From Bacilli bacterium (lineage in GTDB: Bacteria; Bacillota_I; Bacilli_A; RF39; UBA660), in the NCBI GenBank assembly GCA_017542465.1, contig JAFXXB010000032.1, forward strand, positions 10,086-74,085: a stretch of DNA of 64,000 nucleotides. The letters run 5' to 3'. This document shows positions 9,855-19,292 of the stretch, piece after piece (the stretch's first letter is position 1; every line of letters begins with the position of its first letter). The notes beneath the pieces were generated by a model. It was not told the origin of the DNA and searched no databases. It saw nothing but the letters and a program-made list of their open reading frames with translations. A program made the translations under genes and the position numbers.

Positions 9855-10634
9855 TTATTTTTGAGAAGCAACTATATCTACAAATACTTCATAAGGAATA
9901 TCTTCAGCTCTATTATTTAAATCGTAATTATATTTATTTAATATCTTATTAATATAATCTAAATCATAATTCTTTAAGTTATTTCTAATATTCTTTCTCT
10001 TAAATTGAAAAGCATCTCTTACTAGCTTTTTATATAACTTAACATCAATATCTTTCTTATCTTCCTTATTGGTAAAACTTAATATACATGAATCTACCTT
10101 AGGTTTAGGGTTAAACTTTTCTTTAGGAACGATAAATTCTTGTTTAATATCATAAAAATAATTCATTAATACAGTAATAGATCCATATTCTCTATTTCTT
10201 GGTTTAGCTATTAATCTATCACCAAATTCCTTTTGAACCATGAATACATTCTTATAAGAATCAATTTCATCATCTATTAATTTCATCATTATTGGTGTGG
10301 TTATATAGTATGGTAGGTTACCTACAACAAATAATCTATTATATTTAATATCTTTGATATCTTTCTTAATATCTCTTTTTAGGAAATCATCATATATAAT
10401 TTTAAACTTACTTGATGAATATCTAGATAAATACTCATCTAACTCTGTATCAATCTCATAAGCTAAATAATATGAATTTAATTGAGTTAGTTTAGATGTT
10501 AAAGCACCAGCACCTGGGCCTATTTCAATTATTAAATCATCTTCTTTAGCATCAATAAGTAAACTTATCTTATTAATAAGTGCCTTATCACTTATGAAGT
10601 TTTGACCATATTTTTTCTTAAAATTGAAGTTCAT
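9855..10634 (-). CDS. rsmA: 16S rRNA (adenine1518/1519-N6)-dimethyltransferase RsmA/KsgA
   Basis: KKYGQNF..D, EIGPGAGALT and GNLPYYITTPI motifs. Confidence 0.9.
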   Translation of the reverse strand: MNFNFKKKYGQNFISDKALINKISLLIDAKEDDLIIEIGPGAGALTSKLTQLNSYYLAYEIDTELDEYLSRYSSSKFKIIYDDFLKRDIKKDIKDIKYNRLFVVGNLPYYITTPIMMKLIDDEIDSYKNVFMVQKEFGDRLIAKPRNREYGSITVLMNYFYDIKQEFIVPKEKFNPKPKVDSCILSFTNKEDKKDIDVKLYKKLVRDAFQFKRKNIRNNLKNYDLDYINKILNKYNYDLNNRAEDIPYEVFVDIVASQK

Positions 10635-10682
10635 ATAACCACCTACTTAATTATATCAAATAAAAACAGGTAAATATACCTG

Positions 10683-11225
10683 TTATCTAGACCATCCAAA
10701 TCTTAATACATCATATGTAATTTTATGTCTTCCAACATGTTGAGATGCATAAGCTTCACTTGGTGATAATAAATCAATATCTGTTCCTAAAACACCTCTA
10801 TCTAAAACGATAGCTGTCATCTTAGTTCCATGATTATCCCAAGTAATAATTGATCCACATTTTAAGTTTTTAGATGATGCAACTATATTAACTGTTCCAT
10901 ATGTTGGATCGTTATAAGTTGTAGTACCATCTCTTACATCTTGACCAGTACATCCAAGTCTTCCTGAACATAAAGCACAGTCAGCACCATATCCAGTTAA
11001 GTCTCCAGTGAATCTATCTAGTGGATACCAAGCATCTGTATAATGTATTTCATCATATTTTGTAGCCATAGCAGTTAAGTCTAATGTCTTATTCATTGAA
11101 TCATTAGTTATCTTACCATTAACAGTATAAGTATTAACCTTTGTCATACAAAATACTAAAGCAAGTAATAATAAAATCTTAGTTGCTTTAAATATGTTGT
11201 TAAATACTCTTTTCATTATCCTCAC
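10683..11225 (-). CDS. secreted 3D-domain protein (cell-wall-associated, YabE/Rpf-like C-terminus)
   Basis: 180 aa with a signal or TM segment. The C-terminal ...IVASS..LKCGS......AIVLDRG..G.DIDLL pattern is typical of 3D domains. Confidence 0.55.
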   Translation of the reverse strand: MRIMKRVFNNIFKATKILLLLALVFCMTKVNTYTVNGKITNDSMNKTLDLTAMATKYDEIHYTDAWYPLDRFTGDLTGYGADCALCSGRLGCTGQDVRDGTTTYNDPTYGTVNIVASSKNLKCGSIITWDNHGTKMTAIVLDRGVLGTDIDLLSPSEAYASQHVGRHKITYDVLRFGWSR

Positions 11226-11251
11226 CTTAAATTGATTATATCATAAAGGTG

Positions 11252-12001
11252 TCAAATAGAAAATATTTTTGTTGCATTTTGAGAAGTTTTTTGTTCTACT
11301 TCTTCAATACTTACTCCTTTTAAATTAGCTAAGAATTTAGCAACCTCATAAACATGCGAAGAATCGTTACTTTCACCTCTATAAGGTTCTGGAGTAAGAA
11401 ATGGAGAATCTGTTTCTAATAATAAATTTTCTAGTGGAACATCTTTAATTACATCCTTTAAATTAGCATTTTTGAATGTAATTACTCCTCCAATTCCTAA
11501 ATAATAACCCTTTTTAGTGTAAATCTCTGCAGTTTCTTTTGACCCAGAGAAACAATGAATATCAACAGTTAATTTATACTTATCTAATATATCTATTGTA
11601 TCCTTTGTTGCTTCTCTTGAATGAACTACTACAGGTTTATTATATTGTTCAGCTATTTTTAATTGTTCTTCAAATAATTCTTTTTGTTTTTCTTTATTAT
11701 CTTTAGTCCAATAATAATCTAATCCTATCTCTCCAATACCTACAAATTTAGGATTATCTTTATTATCTTCTATTATTTGTTTTAATTCATCTATACTATC
11801 ATCTACATTTTCAGGATGAATACCCAAACAAAAATAATAATTATCATAATCCTTAGCATGTTCTATTACTTCATAACAAGTCTTAATATTATCTGCAGCT
11901 ACAATAACCTTATCTATACCTTTAGATTTAGCTTTATCTAATATTCCTTGTATATCATCATAATATTCGTTAAATAAATGTGCATGTGTATCTACTAACA
12001 T
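11252..12001 (-). CDS. tatD: TatD-family metal-dependent hydrolase (YabD-like)
   Basis: MLVDTHAHL..., GEIGLDY, HSR and ETDSPFL motifs. The track ORF extends 23 codons further upstream over the tRNA-like element. The ATG at 12001 has an aggagg RBS. Confidence 0.85.
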   Translation of the reverse strand: MLVDTHAHLFNEYYDDIQGILDKAKSKGIDKVIVAADNIKTCYEVIEHAKDYDNYYFCLGIHPENVDDSIDELKQIIEDNKDNPKFVGIGEIGLDYYWTKDNKEKQKELFEEQLKIAEQYNKPVVVHSREATKDTIDILDKYKLTVDIHCFSGSKETAEIYTKKGYYLGIGGVITFKNANLKDVIKDVPLENLLLETDSPFLTPEPYRGESNDSSHVYEVAKFLANLKGVSIEEVEQKTSQNATKIFSI

Positions 12002-12043
12002 ATTATACCTCCTAATAAAAAAAACTATCAATATGATAGGTAC

Positions 12044-12114
12044 TGTGGTAGGCAGGATTTCAACCTGCATCTCTTTGAATTATCAAAGTGTTTTCACTCT
12101 TAAACTACTTCCCC
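12044..12114 (-). tRNA. non-canonical tRNA-like element (pseudo-tRNA; identity undeterminable)
   Basis: The minus strand folds as a cloverleaf. It has a D-arm GTTT/AAAC and a T-arm GCAGG-TTGAAAT-CCTGC. The acceptor GGGGAAG/CTACCAC has 2 mismatches. The 'anticodon' arm CTTTG-ATAATT-CAAAG has a 6-nt loop. No CCA is encoded. Confidence 0.4.
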
Positions 12115-12162
12115 ACAAAAAGAATTCTATCATATATTATTTTTTATATCAAATTAGTTATT

Positions 12163-15100
12163 CTATATCATATTTATTATCTCATCTAATAACTTAACTT
12201 CATAATAAATAAAGTGTTTATCTAAGTTAATTGTAGGTAAAGATATATATATTCTCTTATTTTGATATTTTAATCTAAATTTAGGATTAATATTATATGT
12301 AATTAAGAATAACTTCTCACCATCTACTTTATCTGATATTTCTTGTGGTATTTCAATAGTGATTTCATTTTCTCTTCTATCTACTCTAGTTATAAGTAGT
12401 TTATTAGCTAGTTTTTCAAACCACTCTTCATACATATATACTTCCATATCAGAATTAATCTTACCAAATCTATCTTCTATTTGCTCTCTAATACTATTTA
12501 ATGTATCTTCATCTTTAATTTCATTTATCATCTTATGTATCTCAATCTTAACTGATTCATCAGATACATATTCATCAGATATATGGTTAGATACTTCAAT
12601 TAATGGATTACTTTGTTCATCTTCAGCATCTATTTCTTCACCATTTAGTTTCTTTATTTCTTCATTTACCATTTGAGTATATAATTCAATACCTACTGAA
12701 TCTATAAATCCTGCTTGTTCAGAACCTAATATATCTCCAGCACCTCTTATTGATAAATCTCTCATAGCTATCTTATAACCAGATCCTAATTCAGTAAAAT
12801 CTTTAATAGATTGTAATCTCTTAATAGCTGTATCAGTTAATACTTTAGCTGGTTTATACATAAGATATGCATAGGCTATCTTATCAGCACGACCAACTCT
12901 ACCTCTTAACTGATATAATTGAGCTAACCCAAATTGGTCAGCATCTATTACTATTAATGTATTAACATTAGGTATATCTATACCTGTTTCAATTATAGTT
13001 GTACAAATAAGAACATTAAACTTATTATCTACAAAGTCAGTTACGACGTTTTCAAGTTCTTGTTTATCCATCTTACCATGAGCTATAGCAATACTAGCTT
13101 CAGGTATTAATAATTGAATTCTAGTTTTAAAGTCTTCTATATCTTGTACTCTATTGTATAGAATAAATACTTGTCCTTCTCTAGATAATTCTTTATACAC
13201 TGCATCTTTAATTAATACATCGTTTTCTTCCAACACATATGTTTGAACAGGATATCTATTAACAGGTGCAGTATCTATAATAGATAAATCTCTTAAACCA
13301 GACATAGCCATCTTTAATGTTCTTGGTATTGGAGTTGCAGATAAAGTTAATACATTAACATCATTCTTTATCTCTTTTATTTCTTCTTTTTGAGCTACTC
13401 CAAATCTTTGTTCCTCATCTATAATTAATAAACCTAGATTCTTATATTCTAACTTTTTATTGAATAATTTATGAGTACCAAATAAGATATCTATTTTACC
13501 TTCAGATAAATCTTTAATAATTCTATTTTGTTCTTTAGTAGAAGTAAATCTATTTATTAAAGCTATATTAATAGGAAAATCTTTAAATCTTTGTATTGCA
13601 TTGTTGTATTGTTGTCTTGATAATAATGTAGTTGGACAAAGATATGCTACTTGATATCCATTCATAACAGCTTTGAATATTCCACGGAAAGCTACTTCAG
13701 TCTTACCAAATCCTACATCACCACATAATAATCTATCCATTGGAATAGGTGATTTTAAATCATTATCAACTTCTTTAATACTTTTTAACTGATCTGATGT
13801 TTCATCATATTCAAAATAATCACCAAATATTACTTCATCTTCAAAAGTCTTAAATACTGGACCTTTCAAATTAGCTCTTGCTGCATATAGTTTAATTAAT
13901 TCTTCTGATATATCGTGTATTCTAGTTCTAACTCTTAGTTTAGTCTTAGCCCATGATGTAGAATTAAGTTTATTAATATGTGGTGCTACTCCATCAGCAT
14001 CTGAATATTTATAGATAGTACTAATCTTTTCTACAGGAAGATATATTTTATCATTACCTTGATAATTTATTAAGATATAATCTCTTACCATATCTCCTTT
14101 AGTTAAACATGTAATACCACCATAAATACCTATACCATGTTGAGTATGTACTACATAATCACCTACTTTAATATCATTAAAGTCTTGTATCTTTTTACCC
14201 ATCTTATAAGTATTCTTATAATTTGTATAAACTCTTTCATCATCTATATCATATTCACTTATATAAATATAATTATTAATAATAAATCCATCATTAATCT
14301 TCTTTTTAATTACATTTATTTTTCCTGGTTGAATAGATCCTACATTAACATCTTTAATATATTCTTGTATTCTTTCTATTTGTTTATCTTTAGATAAACA
14401 TATAACTAATTCATTATTTTTATAATTATCTAAACAATAATCTTTTAGTTTTTCATAGTCACCTTTAAACTTAAGTACTGGTTTACTATTATAATTATCT
14501 GAATATTCTAGATTATTAATAGTTTCTACCTTTATGTATTTATTTACTTCTATTTCATCAAATAAATACATATATTTATATTCATTATCAATATGTTTAG
14601 ATTCTTTAAAAGCTTTAATATCATCACATATTTTATTATAACCATTTAATATTTGATTATAATCAACATAGAATACATTAGGATTATCTAAATAATCATA
14701 TAAACTATTATGTTCATCACTTATTACTTCTTGGAATGGTTTAATAGTATATTCATTTAATTCATTTAAACTTAACTGAGTAGATTCATCAAATACTCTT
14801 ATACTATCTATTTCATCACCAAAGAATTCTATTCTAATCGGATGTTCTTCTTCTATAGGAAATATATCTACTATATATCCTCTTACAGCATATTCACCTG
14901 TCGCTGTAACTATTGAATCTTGTTTATATCCTAGAGTTAATAATCTATCAATTATTTCATCACGATTAATTTCTAAACCTTTTTTTAACTCTATAATTGT
15001 ATTATCTTGTTCTTTAATAGATGGTAAATATCTTAAATATCCCATCAAGTTAGTTACTATAATAGATTTCTTATTCTTTTTTATTCCATCAAGAGTATCT

Positions 15101-15363
15101 AATCTTTTAACCTTTAAGTCTGGTGATAAAGCAACAGCTACTGATGCTAAAAAATCATCCATAGGAAAAAGAAAAACATCGTCTACATATGTTTTTAACT
15201 TTTGATAGATCTTATTGGAATCATATAAGCTATTAGTTACAATCAATACATTATCATCATATCTATTAAAATATGTTAAGTAATAAAGTATTTGTAATTC
15301 ATCACATAAGCCACATACAGTTCCATGATCCTTAAATTGAAATATATCATTTAAGAAATCCAT
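12163..15363 (-). CDS. mfd: transcription-repair coupling factor Mfd
   Basis: 1066 aa with CarD-like, DEAD/helicase (GDVGFGKTEVA, DEEQRFG) and TRG motifs. Confidence 0.92.
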   Translation of the reverse strand: MDFLNDIFQFKDHGTVCGLCDELQILYYLTYFNRYDDNVLIVTNSLYDSNKIYQKLKTYVDDVFLFPMDDFLASVAVALSPDLKVKRLDTLDGIKKNKKSIIVTNLMGYLRYLPSIKEQDNTIIELKKGLEINRDEIIDRLLTLGYKQDSIVTATGEYAVRGYIVDIFPIEEEHPIRIEFFGDEIDSIRVFDESTQLSLNELNEYTIKPFQEVISDEHNSLYDYLDNPNVFYVDYNQILNGYNKICDDIKAFKESKHIDNEYKYMYLFDEIEVNKYIKVETINNLEYSDNYNSKPVLKFKGDYEKLKDYCLDNYKNNELVICLSKDKQIERIQEYIKDVNVGSIQPGKINVIKKKINDGFIINNYIYISEYDIDDERVYTNYKNTYKMGKKIQDFNDIKVGDYVVHTQHGIGIYGGITCLTKGDMVRDYILINYQGNDKIYLPVEKISTIYKYSDADGVAPHINKLNSTSWAKTKLRVRTRIHDISEELIKLYAARANLKGPVFKTFEDEVIFGDYFEYDETSDQLKSIKEVDNDLKSPIPMDRLLCGDVGFGKTEVAFRGIFKAVMNGYQVAYLCPTTLLSRQQYNNAIQRFKDFPINIALINRFTSTKEQNRIIKDLSEGKIDILFGTHKLFNKKLEYKNLGLLIIDEEQRFGVAQKEEIKEIKNDVNVLTLSATPIPRTLKMAMSGLRDLSIIDTAPVNRYPVQTYVLEENDVLIKDAVYKELSREGQVFILYNRVQDIEDFKTRIQLLIPEASIAIAHGKMDKQELENVVTDFVDNKFNVLICTTIIETGIDIPNVNTLIVIDADQFGLAQLYQLRGRVGRADKIAYAYLMYKPAKVLTDTAIKRLQSIKDFTELGSGYKIAMRDLSIRGAGDILGSEQAGFIDSVGIELYTQMVNEEIKKLNGEEIDAEDEQSNPLIEVSNHISDEYVSDESVKIEIHKMINEIKDEDTLNSIREQIEDRFGKINSDMEVYMYEEWFEKLANKLLITRVDRRENEITIEIPQEISDKVDGEKLFLITYNINPKFRLKYQNKRIYISLPTINLDKHFIYYEVKLLDEIINMI

Positions 15364-15372
15364 ATTATCCCC

Positions 15373-15918
15373 TTAATTATATTTACCCATTAATTCATTT
15401 ATTTGATTATAATCAAATTCTTCTATTATTTTGTTAATATCTTTAAATTTATCAACAATTAATTTCATATCTTCTTTACCTATTTTACCAAGTACATAAT
15501 CTTTGGTATCAATAGATCTATCTTGAGATACACCTACTTTTATTCGTGCAAACGCATCAGTTCCAAGATTAGCTATTATATCTTTGATTCCATTATGCCC
15601 ACCTGCAGTAGAATTAATCTTTAATCTAATTTTACCTACAGGTAAATCTAAGTCATCTTGTATAACTAAGATATCTTCAATATCTAAATCAAAATAATCT
15701 TTGTATTGTCTTACAACGCCACCTGATAAATTCATATATGATTGAGGCTTAACAAATATGTATTTTTCACCTTTAATATTAGTCTCATAGTATAATCCAT
15801 TAAATTTAGAAGACCATTTAACATCACCTAAATAGTTATCTAATACCATAAAACCAATATTATGTCTTGTTTTTTCATATTCTTTACCTGGATTACCTAA
15901 TCCTACTACTAGTTTCAT
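15373..15918 (-). CDS. pth: peptidyl-tRNA hydrolase
   Basis: MKLVVGLGNPG..Y..TRHNIGF...GGHNG are canonical Pth motifs. Confidence 0.92.
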   Translation of the reverse strand: MKLVVGLGNPGKEYEKTRHNIGFMVLDNYLGDVKWSSKFNGLYYETNIKGEKYIFVKPQSYMNLSGGVVRQYKDYFDLDIEDILVIQDDLDLPVGKIRLKINSTAGGHNGIKDIIANLGTDAFARIKVGVSQDRSIDTKDYVLGKIGKEDMKLIVDKFKDINKIIEEFDYNQINELMGKYN

Positions 15919-15920
15919 AT

Positions 15921-16685
15921 TTATCCCTCCTTAAACATATCTTTATAACTCTTATCATCATGATGAAGTATTATAGGATTTAATACTTTAACATAATCTT
16001 CACCTTTAAACATAGCTTCAAATAATATATATACACATCTAGATTGATCATCATTATATACTGGAACTACTCTTTTAAGTCCAAATCCATATTTATGTAA
16101 TTCAATGATTACATCTGATAATCTTTCTGGTCTATGTACCATATATAAATATCCACCTGTATTTAATAACTTAGATGATATTTTAATAATATCTTCTAGT
16201 TTTAATTTTATTTCATGTCTTGCAATAGCTTTAATCTCTTCATCATTAGTTCTTGTTTCATCATGTTTAAAATACGGAGGATTACAAGTTATTACATCAA
16301 AATGTTTATTTCTAAATAGTTTTAAACAATTATTTACATCTTCATTAATAATATCAACATTAGTTATTTTATTATATTCTAATGATTCTATAGCTAAATC
16401 ATATATCTCTTTTTGTAGTTCAACACCAGTTATATGTATATTATTCCCATATCTTTTAGTTAATATCATAGGTATTGGTGCATTACCAGTACATAAATCT
16501 AGTATTTCTTTATCTTTCTTCTTTAACTTAATAAATTCAGATAATAATACAGAATCTGATGCAAACTTAAAATAATCTTTTATTTGATATATTTTATAAT
16601 CATAATCAAATAAATCATTAAGCTCTTTTATCTTTTCCTGCATTCTTAGGACACTCTCCTGCTTCATATGTTTTAATATCTCCAT
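15921..16685 (-). CDS. SAM-dependent methyltransferase, tRNA (adenine-N6) TrmN6/YabB-like
   Basis: ILDLCTGNA SAM motif and NPPYF catalytic motif. Synteny with ricT matches Bacillus yabB. The start is uncertain (M1, M7 or M15) and the ORF overlaps the ricT 3' end. Confidence 0.7.
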   Translation of the reverse strand: MEILKHMKQESVLRMQEKIKELNDLFDYDYKIYQIKDYFKFASDSVLLSEFIKLKKKDKEILDLCTGNAPIPMILTKRYGNNIHITGVELQKEIYDLAIESLEYNKITNVDIINEDVNNCLKLFRNKHFDVITCNPPYFKHDETRTNDEEIKAIARHEIKLKLEDIIKISSKLLNTGGYLYMVHRPERLSDVIIELHKYGFGLKRVVPVYNDDQSRCVYILFEAMFKGEDYVKVLNPIILHHDDKSYKDMFKEG

Positions 16686-17430
16686 TTATATCAACAGAAT
16701 ACTTCTTATTTAATACATCTAAAGATACTACTTTACCTTCACCATCTTTAGTTTTAATCTTTTGACCTATAGAAGGTAATTCTTTTCTATGACATGTATA
16801 TACATCATCTTCATAAGCTAAACAACATAATAATCTACCACATAATCCATTTATCTTTGTAGGATTTAATGCTAACCCTTGATTCTTAGCCATATTGATA
16901 GATATTGTTTCCATACCAGTTAAAAATGATCCACAACATAAAGGTCTACCACATTGTCCTAAACCACCAATTAACTTAGATTTATCTCTTACACCTATTT
17001 GATGTAATTCAATTCTAGTTTTAAATGAGGATGCTAAACTCTTAACTAATTCTCTAAAATCTACTCTATCATCAGCAATAAAGTTAAATGATAGTTGTTT
17101 TCTATCTAATGTATAAGAAGCATCTAATAATCTCATCTCTAAACCTAATTCTTTAGCTTCTTTTCTAGCATACTCTAATGCTTCCTTAGCTTTCTTTATA
17201 TTACTTTCATATTGTTTAATATCTTTATCATTAGCAATACGTAATACTTTCTTCATTTTATTTAAATCTAATTTCTTATTGTTTTCTATATCTAAATCAG
17301 TTACTCTAGCATATTGTTCACCATTTTCAGTATCAACAACAACATATGTACCTACATTTAAATCTAAATCATCATTTAAGAAGAAATATGTATTACCTGT
17401 ACTTTTAAATTTAACACCTACCATATTCAT
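16618..17430 (-). CDS. ricT: PSP1-domain regulatory iron-sulfur protein RicT/YaaT
   Basis: The likely start is MNMVGVKF at 17430 (ggaggt RBS). Cys-rich GQCGRPLCC...GLCGRLLCC motif. Confidence 0.85.
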   Translation of the reverse strand: MNMVGVKFKSTGNTYFFLNDDLDLNVGTYVVVDTENGEQYARVTDLDIENNKKLDLNKMKKVLRIANDKDIKQYESNIKKAKEALEYARKEAKELGLEMRLLDASYTLDRKQLSFNFIADDRVDFRELVKSLASSFKTRIELHQIGVRDKSKLIGGLGQCGRPLCCGSFLTGMETISINMAKNQGLALNPTKINGLCGRLLCCLAYEDDVYTCHRKELPSIGQKIKTKDGEGKVVSLDVLNKKYSVDINGDIKTYEAGECPKNAGKDKRA

Positions 17431-17434
17431 ACAA

Positions 17435-18295
17435 TTACCTCCATTCAATACATAATTTGTTAATAAATAAATCTTTATTAACATTATATTTATAATCATT
17501 TAAGAATGATTCTAATAATTTGATTCTACTTGTTAATAATTCAATATCACTTATATCTATTAAATCTAATACATTTCGTGCATATTCGAGATTATTATAT
17601 AGATTATTAGCAATATTTTCAAACTTTATAACATATGTTCTATATACTAGTTTAAATATTCTTAATATATCTTCTCTTTCTTTATTACTTAAATAACTAA
17701 TCTTAGCTAATCTTTCATATTCATGGGACATATTTAAAATATCTATTACCTTCTTAGCTTCATTATAGTATTTCTCATAATCATCTTCATTTATATCTAA
17801 TAAATCTAATACTGTATTACTACCATATCTTATATTTATTACATCACATCTAGATGTAATAGTAGGTAACATAGCAGATAATCTATTTGTTATAAAGAAT
17901 CCTACTATACCTTCTTCAGGTTCCTCTAAGAACTTAAGTATTTTATTAGCTGCAGATAAACTTAATAAATCTGCTTCATATATAACATACATAGAATACT
18001 TATTTATTAAAGGTTGTGTAGCAAATACATGTATTATATTTTCAATAGGATCTACACCTATTTCTTTCTTCTCTGGTTTAACCACGATAACATCAGGATT
18101 TGTACCAGCCTCAATTGTATGACATATATTACAATCATCAATTGTTTCATTCTTACAATTAAGTCTTTTAATCATATTTAAGATGTCTTTATAACAGGCA
18201 TCTAAATTATTCGTTTCAAGCAAAAAAGCATGAGAATTGTTTTTCTCATGGAATGAATTAATAATAGAATTTATTATCTCTTCATTACTTTTCAT
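17435..18295 (-). CDS. holB: DNA polymerase III delta' subunit
   Basis: 286 aa. HAFLL, the zinc-module-like C..C...C and LKFLEEP / SRC motifs. Synteny between recR and ricT. Confidence 0.75.
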   Translation of the reverse strand: MKSNEEIINSIINSFHEKNNSHAFLLETNNLDACYKDILNMIKRLNCKNETIDDCNICHTIEAGTNPDVIVVKPEKKEIGVDPIENIIHVFATQPLINKYSMYVIYEADLLSLSAANKILKFLEEPEEGIVGFFITNRLSAMLPTITSRCDVINIRYGSNTVLDLLDINEDDYEKYYNEAKKVIDILNMSHEYERLAKISYLSNKEREDILRIFKLVYRTYVIKFENIANNLYNNLEYARNVLDLIDISDIELLTSRIKLLESFLNDYKYNVNKDLFINKLCIEWR

Positions 18296-18303
18296 GCTTT
18301 CAC

Positions 18304-18897
18304 CTATACTTCTTTTCTATCTAGTAAAGCCCTATCAAGAGTAATTGAATCTAAATAATCTATATCTACACCCATAGGTATACCATATGATAATCTAGTG
18401 ACTTTAATATTCTTATTTTCAAATATTTTCTTAATGTATAAGGTAGTAGTTTCACCTTCTATTGTAGGTTTTAAAGCTACAATAATTTCAGCATCTTCTT
18501 TACCTTCAATTCTTGATAATAAATTATTAATATTAATATCTTCAGGATATATTCCATCCATAGGAGATATAAGACCATTTAATACATGATATTTACCAGA
18601 GAATATACCTGATTTTTCAAACATAAATACAGATTTATAATCTTCAACAACACATATTACATTATCTTTTCTATTAGTATCAATACATATTGAACATTCA
18701 TCTTTATCTGTAAGATGTCCACATGTCTTACATCTATGTAGTTTTTCCTTACAAGTTTTAATAGATTTAGAGAATTCTTCTATTTCTTCTTCATCTAAAT
18801 CCAATATAGATAAAGCAAAACGCTCTGCACTCTTTTCTCCTATACCTGGAAGCCTCTTAAATGAATTAATTACATTACTAAGTGACTCTGGATACAT
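18304..18897 (-). CDS. recR: recombination protein RecR
   Basis: LPGIGEKSAERFA HhH, a C4 zinc finger (CKTCGH..C.IC) and a Toprim region. Confidence 0.92.
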   Translation of the reverse strand: MYPESLSNVINSFKRLPGIGEKSAERFALSILDLDEEEIEEFSKSIKTCKEKLHRCKTCGHLTDKDECSICIDTNRKDNVICVVEDYKSVFMFEKSGIFSGKYHVLNGLISPMDGIYPEDININNLLSRIEGKEDAEIIVALKPTIEGETTTLYIKKIFENKNIKVTRLSYGIPMGVDIDYLDSITLDRALLDRKEV

Positions 18898-18898
18898 A

Positions 18899-19195
18899 TT
18901 ACATCAATCCGCCTAATTGTTTACTGTATGCACCTAATTTAGCTTCTGTATCTTTTTCTACCTTAGATATTGCATCATTCATAGCTATTTTAATCATATC
19001 TTCTAATACTTCAACATCTTCTTCATCTAATTGTTTAATCTTGATATTAACAGATTTAACTTTCTTAGATCCATATATAGTAATATCTACCATTTCAGAT
19101 GTTCCTGTGTATTCAGAATTATTGATTATTTCTTGTTTAGCTTGAATATCTTTTTGCATTCTTTGTGCTTGTTGTAACATTGCTTGCATATTCAT
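18899..19195 (-). CDS. ybaB: YbaB/EbfC-family nucleoid-associated protein
   Basis: 98 aa. MLQQAQRMQKD... family signature and the conserved dnaX-ybaB-recR order. Confidence 0.88.
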   Translation of the reverse strand: MNMQAMLQQAQRMQKDIQAKQEIINNSEYTGTSEMVDITIYGSKKVKSVNIKIKQLDEEDVEVLEDMIKIAMNDAISKVEKDTEAKLGAYSKQLGGLM

Positions 19196-19292
19196 AGTAT
19201 CACTCCTATTCTACATTTATATCTTTTCCAAATAATTCTTCTGCTAATCCTTGAGAACCAGCATTATTTATATATTCATCATCATTTATATA

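Noticed and set aside
12002-12070. N-terminal extension of the tatD ORF (MQVEILPTTVPIILIVFFIRRYN)
   Set aside because: It overlaps the tRNA-like element on the same strand. The internal ATG at 12001 has an aggagg RBS and begins the conserved MLVDTHAHL motif.
12359-12676. 105-aa plus-strand ORF. The same applies to similar ORFs at 1477-1713, 2077-2271, 4878-5072, 14137-14397, 18398-18589, 18882-19145, 20380-20647, 24347-24532, 24953-25228, 26388-26570, 27054-27311, 28363-28554, 28894-29145, 33106-33303, 33808-34098, 34246-34500, 36820-37020, 39368-39604, 40264-40518, 42288-42542, 48013-48282, 49512-49730, 52295-52489, 54288-54491, 56652-56843, 57537-57851, 62192-62431 and 63382-63582.
   Set aside because: All are short ORFs nested antisense inside longer conserved or better-supported genes. 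Their composition is dominated by S/L/I/F, and none has an RBS. They are treated as frame artefacts.
16105-16575. 156-aa plus-strand ORF from the track
   Set aside because: It lies entirely antisense within the well-supported NPPY methyltransferase gene. Its Ser/Leu/Ile/Phe-rich low-complexity translation is typical of the antisense frame of AT-rich genes, and it has no RBS.
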